Shown piece after piece: positions 41,252 through 53,069 of a DNA stretch of 64,000 nucleotides. This DNA comes from Nitrospirales bacterium. GTDB lineage: Bacteria > Nitrospirota > Nitrospiria > Nitrospirales > UBA8639. The first letter of the stretch is position 1, and the number at the start of each line of letters is the position of its first letter. The notes under the pieces are model-generated. The model saw nothing but the letters and a program-made list of their open reading frames with translations, made no database searches and was not told the DNA's origin. The stretch is from the NCBI GenBank assembly GCA_965203295.1, contig CBDBCZ010000011.1:1-64000 (forward strand). Direction: 5' to 3'. The translations under genes were made by a program, and so were the position numbers.

Positions 41252-44200
41252 CTAATCCGAGAGGTGCACAAACACGGTCTCTCTGGGGAAGAGTCCGGCA
41301 TCTCTGAAGCTCATGCTCCGTTGCAGTTGCGAGATGGATCTTCTTGGGAAGTGTGTGACAACCTCGTGCTCAGCAAGGTTGAGGCCCTGGAGCTCAAGGA
41401 ACTGAAACAGCTCCTGTAGGGTGATGGACAGGGTGTGGTTCGCTTTGTGAGAACCGTTATGAGAATGTTAATGCCCCAGTCAGGATGCTGACATATACAG
41501 GACACATGTCCTATAAATAAGTGTTGTTTTAGTATGGCTTATTGTACATGTAAAAGGCTGTTAGGTTAGCCCACTCAAACGAGAAAAAAAAAGATTATTA
41601 GAACACTTCCAGTAATCATAACTAAATGAGGTGAAACAATACATTAACTACACTTGTTTTAGCTTCTACTAAATTGGAATTTTGCTGATGTACTGTATAC
41701 GTGATGTTTTAGTTAACTGAAAACAATTTAACAGGTGAACGCAAAGTGTAGAGATGCTAACACACGATCTTACTTGTACACAACAGGAAGCTCCACCCAC
41801 CAAAATTGCCTACTGATGCACCATAGCATCCATAACTGGGTTGTATAAAACTCCAGAGTTCCTAGCCTGACTTCTGTCAACAGCTAGGTTACCCCTCCAT
41901 ACCTAGGAGCTCACCCCATACGTTTCAAACACCAATAGTCCTGTGCTCTCCCTATAGCCTCGCACCCAGGCCTTCCCTCACAGCTTTTTTTTTTTTTACA
42001 GCCGTGGAAGAAAGCGTCCACGGCCGTGGAAATAACTGTGAGGCAATTTTAGACCTGGGTACGAGGCTAAGGGATCTGGGCACGAGGATAGCGGTCATTT
42101 TAATAGGATGGGTACAGATGGCTATTCACGATTAAGCTGCATGCCCACTGCCAAGGAGGGCGAGAGACTGAGCTATTGGTGCTGACTACCGATCTGTAAT
42201 TTCTTTAGAGGGGTACCTATACCACCTTATTGTGATAATGTGTTCCCTATAGGGCCTAAATGTACCTACTGACCCCTCTCTATTTTCAGAGATTGAATGT
42301 TATAAAGACTACGTGAGGTGATGAGATGAGGTACATGTACACTGTATGTAAGGTGATGGTAGAAAATCATCACACATCATGGTGGTATTTAGAATGAGTT
42401 ATTAATGATGTCATAGTGATGTAATTAGTTTACTAGTACATGTACATGTATATAGGTGCATACCCCCAATTGCATGAGAACACAGCTACCAATGTAGAGG
42501 AAAAGGGTGGGAAATGAACAACATAAATCTGAACAAAACATTTATATCTGTACCTGTATGGGATGGTGGCAGATAAAGGCTTTCTGTAGTCTTGATCCAT
42601 CGGGCAGTCTAATCAAGAGCTGGGTCACGCTCTCCATGCCTATGGCACCAGAGGCTAGCTGATCCTCGGCAGAATCAACGACTACAGCACTCTCTGAGTT
42701 CTCTACTCTGGCCTTCCCCTTGCCCTTGGAAGCGTTACTCCTCCGGCCCTTCTGGGCCCGGGTTTGTCTGGAAAGTGTACTGTCGTCCGTCTGCAACACA
42801 GTTTGCTGAACAGGCTCTAAGTGATCTTCTCGCAGGGCTTTCCTCGGTACATGTAGCTCCACTCCTGAAGCTTTTCTCTTTCTGCTGGGCTTGTCTACCA
42901 CGACCGGTGTAATGTCCACAGTACAGTCCTTGACTCTAATCTGAGGACTCACTTGAGAGTTCACAGCTCCACTCTGATGAACTGCCACGTGCGAACTGCC
43001 TTCGGCTATCCTATTATTACGCATGTTCGTACTCGATAAAACCGTGACACTGTCCGTTTCTTCCCAGCTCTTTGTCTCAAGAGTCCCGCAGTGCGGCACC
43101 ACGCAGCAGGCATCAGACTCCGCCTCCATGTCGCTGCTCCGACAGTAGTACTCGTCTTCGCTGTCGCTGATCGTGAAGGTGAGCGGCTGTGAGGAGCTAG
43201 TGGCCTGGGCCTGCTCTAGGGAGGCCCTGATGGCTGCCTCTAGCTGGGATTCCTCTGACTCGTCCACAAGGGAGGCCTGGGATTAACATTAGTGATTGTG
43301 AAGGAAAGTTAGAACAATCGGTTCCTCCTTTACAGCCCAAGGAACACAAAGTTACATACATGTACCAAAAGTCTTTGTACCTACATTTATACCTATATAC
43401 TTGAGATGACATACCCTTGGGAGTATATTGATTACGTGTCCATGTATTGTTTTTATGAATATCAAATTCTGTGTTATGGGCCTTATTTGGAATTCATGGT
43501 TGGGCCTGCTAGTATTGCAGCTACTTCCGGCAGTGTCTAGGATATCTAAACATATACAATGTACCTACTTCAGCTTCAATCAATCATTGTGTGACAGGCA
43601 GATACACTCAACATGTACATGTACATGATCAACATGTACATGTAAATGTACTTTGTTGGTGGAAAAAACAACAACTAGTAAGTGTATATATAGTTACGTA
43701 GCCATCTGCCTGTCACATAATGGCTTGATTAAAGCGTACTACATGGTGTACATGTAGGTACTGCTAGTGCTGTACTTCTGACAGTGTCCAGGTCTGCACA
43801 GGTACATCTCATCTTATCTTATGTAATGCACGTACAGAGGTTTGCAAGTTGGTTGTCCACAGGAGAAGGCAAATAGGCAGTGGCTCTGAAGTATTTAATT
43901 AGGTTAGGCTGTTAGCCTCGTACCCAGGCCCCACCCACCCTACGAGGCTAGCTAGGTTGTCAGAACCAAAGGCTAAAAACAGTTTGCACCGTTCCTCCCA
44001 TTGAACAAAGAATTTGATTTTGACAAACTTTCACAGATATAGCTTCCTATTTCGTTGTAGCCTCACTCCCAGGCCCGCACCATTTTGGTGACAGTTTGTG
44101 TACCGGAAAGTTGTGTGGGCCTGGGAACAAGATATAATTTTTTTGTTCATCAATCTTCAATACTTACACTGTTGGGTGTCACACCCAAGTCATCGAATGA

Positions 44201-47200
44201 ATTGCTGGCCAGGAATTCATGGACTGTTGAAGGAGAAAAATCAGTGTAATTTATAATCACAAATGCTGAGCGCAGTGGAGCATATCCTACACTGCATACA
44301 TGTATGAGCTCAGAATCTTAGCTCGGGCCACAATGGACCCCAGGGCTCAAAGTAACGTCCCTGTCAGTTAAAGGTATGCCATGTCCGAACTTGTGGTGCA
44401 TGCAAAAAGTGTAGATCTGATCAGTTTATCAAGGAAGGCTTACTACAGCCTTGAGGTTAGTCGAGTTCGGGTAGCCCCTGTAATCATGAACGCTGGAGAT
44501 GGATGGCAGGATCAACACGAACACAAACTCTGCAACACAGCCCATACATGTGTACCTCTCAGCTCTACCGTAATGGCCGATCCTTCGTAATGTTTTGCCA
44601 ACAAGAGACATTACTCTCCCCAAGGCCATTTTTCTGTAGTTTCGATCTCCATGCTATATACATGTATTCTTGTGACTGACTGGCTTGCGAAAAATATGTT
44701 TCCAGAATAACCAGAAAATGGTGCTCCTCCCATTCTGACCCAGTACAACATACACACGCACGCACCTGCAGTTTGGAATTCTGACACAGTTACTCCATTC
44801 CAGCTTGTCATCTTTTCACCTGTACAGGTATACATGTACATGCACGTATACCAAATTGCAATAAGACAATAATGTACATGTAGGAATAAATTATTGTTGA
44901 AGAAGATACCTGTACCTGTTCTGGGGTCAATGATGGCAATGTATGGGTAGGTTTCGACATGATAGAGCTGGCGAAACCTCACTCCATCATCTGTGATCCT
45001 ATAGACCTGGGGAAGAGTCAGAAAAGAATGGTATATTACAAGTAGTCTTCGTTTGCACAACTACGTACTTGGGCTTGTTGAACTCGCTCGCTTTATACAG
45101 ATAGAAATGAAAAGTGTTACCTCTCTGTGATTTGCCATGGAACATTTAGCATCTGCTAATGGCAGTTGTTAGTGCTGCTGACTGAGCCACGTGGAGCTAG
45201 CTCCACATTCAGGCCTCAACTTTGCGTTAAAAATGGACTCCGTCACAGTGGGGGAAAAGTGCATACACCTGTAGTATGTGTGCACGCTACGTTTTTTAGT
45301 AGCCAAGTGACAGATTCTTGCCTGAGCCATGTGGAGGCAGTAACTAACTTAAAGGAGAGACTACCAAAAAATTGCAGGAGAGACTGCAAACAACTGCAAA
45401 ACAACTGTAAAGCTAAGACCAAAGCCTTACTCTTCATAGCCACAGCCTACATGTACACATGACTCCATTTAATGCACATCGACATAGTTTGTCAAGCGTA
45501 CGTAGCAGTTACAGCTGTGTATGGTTTGCACTTACACTATAAAGCCACTAACCTTTGTGTGATAGAGCGCGCTCGAAGTGCTCATTTGAGCCGAGGCCTT
45601 CCATCGGCTGTCAGCGTCCCAACGCATGCAGTGGTCAAAATACCATGGTCCAACATACATTGTAGATAGTAGAGTACCAAGTACTCATATTATAGTGACA
45701 TCACAGTCTTCTCGCGTATGTACTCTCGCACAATCGCGCGTGTGACGTCACATCCGTTACACACTCAAAGACGCATAGATTCACGGAAAGAACTACAAAT
45801 TAAAGTATTGATAGCTTAGCCTAGCCTAGCCTAGCCTAGCCTCCCCTCCCCTCCCCTCCCCTAGCCTCGTTTCCGGGCGCTGAAACATATACAGAGTCTA
45901 CCCTAATACTCTTTCGACCACCATATTTATGATCTGACAACCTGTATGGCATTCGAGCACACTTTATCACAAAGGGGAGTGGCTATATAACCTGTAAGTG
46001 AAACCATGCTCAGCTATAACTGCAACGAACGCTAGACTAAATGTGATGTGCATTAAATGGAGTCAGTGCCTTCGCCTACATAGTCTTGCCTGCAAGACTG
46101 TACATGTACAGTACTAGAGTAGGCTATGACTGTGCAGAACTATAAGCTACAGTCCTAGTGTGCCTATATACATGTACATGCATATTGCTGTGCACTTGTT
46201 TGTAGTCTCCTCTGAGTTATTGCCTCCATGTGGCTCAGGTCGGGATCACACAACTGCCACTGACAGATGCTACATGTAAATATGCACATATAGAGGACAC
46301 CTTTCTATCAGCAATACAAGTGTAGAGTGAGCGACTTCAACAAATACAAGCAGTTGCGCTGGCAAACTTGTACATGTATTTTGTACCAGGCCTTCCCAAA
46401 GGCCTGAGTGGAGGCTCACCCACCTACCACACCCACCTGCAAGAACAGGAAGTGCTCGTTGATGATGTCCTTGATGTTGTGGTTGCTCCAGATGTCCCTG
46501 TTGAGCATCTGAGAGGCAAACTCCTTCGAGTCCTGGAGGTTCACCATCAGCCACTTCTTCTTCAGCTGTCCGGCTGCGCGAGCCTGGGACGGAGCAGAGA
46601 GAGAGAGAGCAAGTAGACACACTCGGGAGCAAAACAAGATGTCTGTTTCACGGGTTCTATACATGTATATATGTGGCAGTTCTTCTGGGTAGAAAATGAA
46701 TGTTATTGGGTTATATCGATCCATTATGTACTTTGACAGCGGGAAACGTGATACTTTACGACGACTATTATTTGAGGTGAGAGATATTGGGTATGCAGCT
46801 AATTTGGCAGGTTTTAATTTAAGCGATTTAAAATGCTGTGCGATACTTTACAATGATTATTATTTGAGGTGAGATCAATAATTTTGCAGTACATGTACGT
46901 GCATTAAATGTATAGTGAGACAGCCGAGTGGGAGGCACAGGCATGTGATGTGTAAACATTTATATTTGTGATAATGCGTATACACAAACGTACATGTAAA
47001 CCTTAGTGTACATAGCTTGGAATAATAACTTGTGCAAGCTCGAAATTTAGCAAATTTTTCCAATTTGCACTAATATATGACATAATAATGGTCACCCTAA
47101 GGTATCTTTGAACTTCTGTTTAGGACGGGGATCATATGCAGTTGTAGTTGCATCGATAGTTGCTGCTTTTAATTACACAGTGCATTTGAGCTCCACACTT

Positions 47201-50200
47201 AACGGAAGTTTACAGATATTGCGTTTGAATGCAGTGACGGAATTGAAAAAGATGACAGATACATGTGTAATTATTTACATGCCACATACATGTATACAAA
47301 AAGTGCCACCAGTTAACAAGTTCCCAGCTCCAATCCGCAGGGTTTTTTACAGAGAGAAACTTTGAAGAGTGGAAAACAGAAATCAAGAAACCATTTTCGT
47401 GTGACTGCTGGTTAATGCATCCCCAGATCAGAGTATTAGCTACACACGTAGCTAATGAACCAGCTAATAGCATATATGTACAGTATGTAATTGCGTGTAG
47501 ACCACGTACATATGTCCAATAGTACAACTGGATTCCCGTGGTTACTACCCCCTGTTGCAAGACTGACAGATGGGAGGGAGGGAGTCAGTCTTGTGTGAAT
47601 GCTCCTCATTGCAAAATGGTGTGGTATGCCAAGTAGGCCCGATGCAGAAGGGGTCAGACAAGCTTTGTGCACACACGTGCACACATATTACATTCCATCA
47701 TTGCGTGCAAACCAAAAAATACTGAGATATGCGACTAAGATATGGAGATACAGCTACTAAGAAACTGCTGTAACTCGCAGGGTTCAATGGGGCTCAATCC
47801 ACAGACTTGCAATAGCAAGTCCTGAGGTTCAGGAGAAGAGTCACAGTCCAGTACACATAACTAGCAGTGCATGAGCATTGCATACATGTACCATGCCATA
47901 TGTCTTACCATCAGAAACCAATTCAGGCTACCCCTAATTCTTCAGCTTTGAGCCACAATCCAGTTGACTTCAAACGCAAACAAGGATCTTCAAGAGAGTT
48001 AGCACAGCATCTACTGTACCAGTGCTGGCTTGTGCACATGACCTTATCCTCCCCTCCCTCTCCCTAGGTCCATTGATCACCAGCAAGCACAATACTTAAA
48101 ATAGTTTATGTTATAGTTAAACCACTCCCTATCACAATGTCACAATAAAAATGAAAAGGACAGTAGAAATATATCAGGGTTTCTCTATATACATGCACAT
48201 ATATGTACATGTAGATGAGCTTGCATGTGTACATGTACTTGGAGGAGCAGGCATACCTCATGGAATGTTCCCTGAAAGAGAATGTCGAAGGGAGGCTTGA
48301 ACAGCTCGGCGAGATTCTTCTTTTTGTCGACACTCCCCGAGCCTCCCGTAGGATCGTGGCCTAACGAGAGAGGAGGGCAATAGCAAGTCACCCGTTCAGT
48401 TTTCTGTCTGCCAGTTTGTCACACATACATGTAGAGTCACACTCTACAGAATACCTGCACCAGCTGTGTAACATTTTTTACAGGCAGCACTACTGTAGGA
48501 GGCCAGCTGTTCAGTTTCGGTGTGTCTGATTGTCACGCAGAGTCAGTCTTCTACAGAACATCTGTACTAGCTGTATTACACACAGTAAAATGACATCAGG
48601 ACTATTAATTCGATGAATCATGGCTGTAGATTGTAAGGATTGACGGCTACATTGTACATACAAAGCTCACTCAGCATGTAAGAGTATATAGGCAGTAAAC
48701 ACACTATATGTAGGTCAGACTCAATCAGTACCTGCAGCCAGGCGGCACTGAGATTAACTGATGCCTAAAGAGTTAGCTAACAATCAATGCAAGCTAGAAG
48801 CTGACACTACTTGGTAGGAGCTAGCAAGACTGGTCCCCATGTGGGGTGTGCCTTAATTAAAGTAAAAGGCATCCCAATCAATACTTTAGCACATTCAGTT
48901 CACATGCACTTCACTCAAATGCTGACATTATGGCTACTACATTGAAACTACTGTGTCCCATGAATTTATTGAATGTGCTGACTCAGGCTCATCCCACACT
49001 AGCATCAGTAGTACAGGGAGAATAGAACATGTAATGATATCCTTGACAACAATCATGTACATGTACATGCATTAGGCTAGCTATGCACTTTGATATATCT
49101 TCTGGCACTACATAACTTAAGCACATCCGGATTTAGATCAGCAAAGGAGAAGAAATGTTGCAGTCGTAGTCTCGGCCCCAGACCCTCCCTGCACTCGCAA
49201 AAAGAAAAAAGTGCTTTCCTTCTGTTTTTTTTTATGAGTGCAGGGAGGGTCTGGGGCCGAGACTATTGCAGTCGCTGTTTCTGCACCCAGTGGAACCCAT
49301 CTTAAAGGACACCCGTGAAATAAGGACACCTCTGTATTATTAATTAAGACACTTTCTATGTCCCAAATATACTATGAATTTACACCTAAAATGAGGACAT
49401 CTCTCTATACAGGACACTTCACCAGGTCCCCAGGGTGTCCACAATACAAGGGTTCCACTGTATATGTACATCCCACATCCAATTACTTGCTAATCTTTTC
49501 GTGTCAAGTGATCATGAGTTCATCACTGCAACAGGTATTAAGAGGAGTAATTACCTGCGGAGTAGTCCTGAAATGGGTCAAACACCGTTCGAGGTAGCCT
49601 TCTTGATCGAAACACTCTCGCTGTAGGGAGGAAGACGATCACAAAATATTTCATTGCCGAGCGTAGCAAGTCCAGTATTCACATGTCGTGGGCTCCAATT
49701 TCAACTAGCATTTGTACTGTACGTATGTTTGTCATATGCTTTAGGGCCCTGCCTGTGGCCCCCCCAGGATCCAAGATGCTAATTAACCCTTGCAGTTACA
49801 TGCTTGCCATCTTCAAAACTCGTGGACAGTCATAGATGATGTGGACTCTTTCGCATATATTTATTTTACCAAGGGAGACTTAAGGACAGAAGTCTGCAAG
49901 TTTGTATACAAATGAAGATACAACTGTAGCTCGGTGTTGCATGAAAAGATTACTGTGTACAGCGGCCGGTATAATGATGAAGAGAGCCTGCAAATGCTGA
50001 TGATGAAGAGAGCCTGCAAATACCGTAGACTCGGGTTATCAAGTGCATGCGCTAGTTGGGACAATAGTAAAAATATATGCGCTACATAACGAAGTGCGCT
50101 ACATAACGTGGGTTAAAGGTTGACCACGCCTAGTTTTCATGACGCCATTACGGCAAAGTTATGGTAGCTATAAAATTGTTGCTGTTACCGGTAGCAGATT

Positions 50201-52873
50201 ACCAGCTACCGATATGGGATCGCAGTTTATCAAAGCGGTCGGCGATGTAACTCGGCGGAGAGCGGTTGGAGATGAAAATCAGCGGAGAGCAGTCTGAGCT
50301 GAGAGCATGCATGCTAGATTAACTCGAATGAGGATCGGTGCATGCTTGCTCCCTCTATAGGCCTTTGACTCAGCTAGCTAGCAACTTGAGGACTGGACAG
50401 TTGCAAAGTGATCCCGAGAAAGTGCTGCTAGCAGTCTCCGTTCGATTTTGTGTGCGGATGCTCCACCCCATATGACGTTTAATTGGAACGTGCGCTTCTT
50501 AACGAGGTTTTTTGCGGCTTTGGGCCAAGAAGCGAGCATGCGCCTGATAGCGTATGTGCGCTACATAACGAAGTGCGCCTGATAACCCGAGTCTACGGTA
50601 CTACAAAACATGTACGGAATAAATAGCTAGTTGACGACTCCAGCAACAATTAGAGCTGTACCTTGTAATTGCTAAATTTTCCTACACCGACTATCGAACG
50701 ATTTAAATTTTCCAGAAAAATGCCTTTTTTTGAGTCTATAGCCTCTGCCAGCCTACTGTACTTTTCTCTTCTGTAAGGGTGTATGCTACTGCAGCAATAA
50801 TAGCAGTCTAAGCTTTGCATTTAGTGTACAAGGTGTTCAGGGAGCCTGCGTAGGCCGCTAGCAACCCGCACCACGCTCAGCCGATGTAGTCTGTCAAGCC
50901 AAAACAAGGCTAAACGTTCAACTTCACTGCACTGGCAGACCCATTACATGTACACGTACATCTACACATGCACATCTGTACAACGTTACAGTCCGTGACA
51001 TATTACACATGTAGATTGGTCTCTGGGACTTAGCGTTCTTGGGCTATCATTCTCGACCTTCGATCTCGGGTTGAATAAACCTCAACATATTGGGTCACTA
51101 CTCCTCCCCAGTAAGTGTACATCCAACTGATGATCCACAAGATGTACAGTACATGTATGTGTATTGCAAACTCAACGCTTTGAAAAGATAAAACGGGACC
51201 CAGCTGGGGATTGAACTCAGGACCTTCTGAATACTACTCAGATGCCCTTACCACTGAGCTACTGGAGCCCCTTGGCAGAGGAGCAGCAGGCAAGCTTTAT
51301 ATAGCCACTAAACCAGCTAGTAGCACTTGCCAGTACGATCCAGCCAATTCCAACTGTAATTACATGTACTCTCTCATTACGCCTCTCCCCCCATCTCCTA
51401 AACACGATAAACGTGCTACACCGAAACTTAGCCTGGGTCAGACTGCCTGTACAGTACATGTATCTGTGTATTGGCAGCGGGTTCAACTCACTGGGGGCAG
51501 CCTCCTCCTCAATCAGCACCCCTCTGGACTGGGGGATGGGGGCTCGCACACCGTGTCTGCAGGGACAGAGTCCATGTCACGGCCACAATACAATACAATG
51601 TATAGGTTAGATTTGTGTCATAGTCAAGTCAATGTAGGTTAGATTTGTGTCATAGTCAAGCCAGTGAAAACACTCAACTGGGCATGCATACCTTGAGATT
51701 GAGGTAAGCATTTGCAAACCACTTATGAACAGTATTTCCAACTTCGTTCAACTTTGTAGGTTTGGAATATTGCCGCTAGTAAAAATTAGCACAGTAGCCT
51801 AAGCTATTACATGTAGCAGGGGGGGGGGGGCTAGTGTGGTAATGTTCTAACTACCAGAATCAAGGGGGGTCACTCCCATACAGTCTACAGTCACAACTGT
51901 GACCGCCATCTGTCAATGGTCAACGGTCAAAATACACTCAACAGTCAACGGAAGGTCGCAGTGTGGAATGGACTGACATGTATGCAAGTACAACAGTCTA
52001 TAGCTTGTCACTCGAGAAGTTTTCGGCTGCAGAGATCAGTAAGCGACTCGGATCGATTGGAAGTTCCTCATACAAATGATGGTCAAAAATTGTAGAACAA
52101 AAAAGTCAATTGCAACAGAAAATCACCATGGTCAACAGCCAAACCGCTGAAAAGAGCTGGTCAAAGCTTTGACCTGTCGTTGCAGCAGTGACTACATAGT
52201 CTATGGGAGTGACCCCCCCCCCATTGGGTATACATGTAACTCGAGCAATAAGCAGAGGGAAGTCACTCCTTTAGTCACAAATGCGACCGCCATTGGTAAA
52301 TGGTCAAAGGTCAAAGCCGCTCAAAAGGGAGTGGTCAACGGACAAAGTGCACTCATAAATATGGTCAACGCTGACAACGGCAGATCACAGTGCGGAATGG
52401 ATGGACTTGTACGCAAGAACAACATTCCGCAGCTACAACAGTAGGGAAAGTCCCTCAAACAAAGGTCAACGGGCGAAAATCAGCAATGTCAACAGTCAAA
52501 CCACTCAAACGAGCTGGTCAATACTTTGACCCGTGGTCACAGTTGTGACTACAGAGCCTATGGGAATGACCCACCATTGAATAAGGAATTATAAAAGTGT
52601 AGCCAAAAATTAAGAAATACATTAAAATTGAGACCACAGTACAGCTTATCCACCCGCTTACATGTCTTCGTAGCTCTTGCCAACACTGGAGGTCGAGGGT
52701 CCCGATTCACCCACAGCTGTTGCCCCAGCGCTCTCGGCACCAGCCGCGACACTTCCCTCCAGGTGCATGTTGATGGCCAGGTCCAGGTTCCCCCCACAGG
52801 CCTCCAGAAGGCGATGGGCCACCTCCGCCGAGGCCCCGGTCACCGATACGAACTGGGCTACCTTCGCATCCAT
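41252..52873 (-). CDS. UBXN7: UBX domain-containing protein 7 (UBA-UAS-UIM-UBX), 10 exons, 559 aa
   Basis: Phase-consistent exons 52873-52662, 51556-51492, 49620-49555, 48360-48257, 46583-46437, 45006-44916, 44819-44766, 44223-44168, 43276-42554, 41413-41252 (1680 nt). Motifs QFVSVTGAS (UBA), VRAPIP, LAELFKPP, KWLMVNLQ...LNRDIW (UAS), SEESQLEAAIRASL (UIM), IRLPDG...FPRR...DAGLFPRETVFV (UBX). Confidence 0.94.
41955..42069. mobile_element. TAG-ended MITE
   Basis: tagcctcgcacccagg / cctgggtacgaggcta. Confidence 0.78.
45060..45812 (+). mobile_element. DINE/Helentron-like interspersed repeat, copy 1
   Basis: Colinear with 53905-54673 (gatagaaatgaaaagtg...gactccatttaatgcacatcg...gacgtcacatccgttacacac...aaagtattgat). 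Confidence 0.65.
49167..49265. mobile_element. TAG-ended hairpin MITE with 9-bp TSD
   Basis: TIR tagtctcggccccagaccctccctgcactc; ttgcagtcg on both flanks. Confidence 0.9.
50021..50600. mobile_element. Tc1/mariner/pogo-like non-autonomous element, TA-flanked
   Basis: Perfect inverted ends taccgtagactcgggttatca / tgataacccgagtctacggta; subterminal direct repeats gcgctacataacgaagtgcgc. Confidence 0.87.
51196..51268 (-). pseudogene. tRNA-Thr(AGT)-like sequence (pseudogene or SINE head) in UBXN7 intron 2
   Basis: GCTCCAG TAGCTCAGTGGTAAGGGCA TCTGA GTAGTAT TCAGA AGGTC CTGAG TTCAATC CCCAG CTGGGTC folds as a cloverleaf with A and B boxes. It has mismatches in the acceptor and T stems and G at position 32. 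Confidence 0.7.
51864..52575. mobile_element. Two adjacent MITEs of the GGGGGTCACTCCC family in UBXN7 intron 1
   Basis: Copies 51864-52221 and ~52255-52575 share TIRs and ggtcaa-rich bodies with 35136-35481. Confidence 0.75.
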
Positions 52874-53069
52874 TTACTGATGTCCAGTCAACTGTAGGAA
52901 CCGTTAAAAGAATCTGTTTGGCATAGGCGAATTCAGAGGAGGTGGGCGACTATTAGAAGAATAAACTCACGTGCCTTGGAGGGCAACTGGCGGTAAATTC
53001 AATTTAAGTAACTGCTGATCCCTGCTGCACTAGTATGGTCTCGCGAGCTGGCTTGCGAGACTAGCACTA

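Noticed and set aside
41311..41505. ORF MSCICQHPDWG as the UBXN7 last exon
   Set aside because: The UBX-completing frame starts at the acceptor at 41413 in a different frame.
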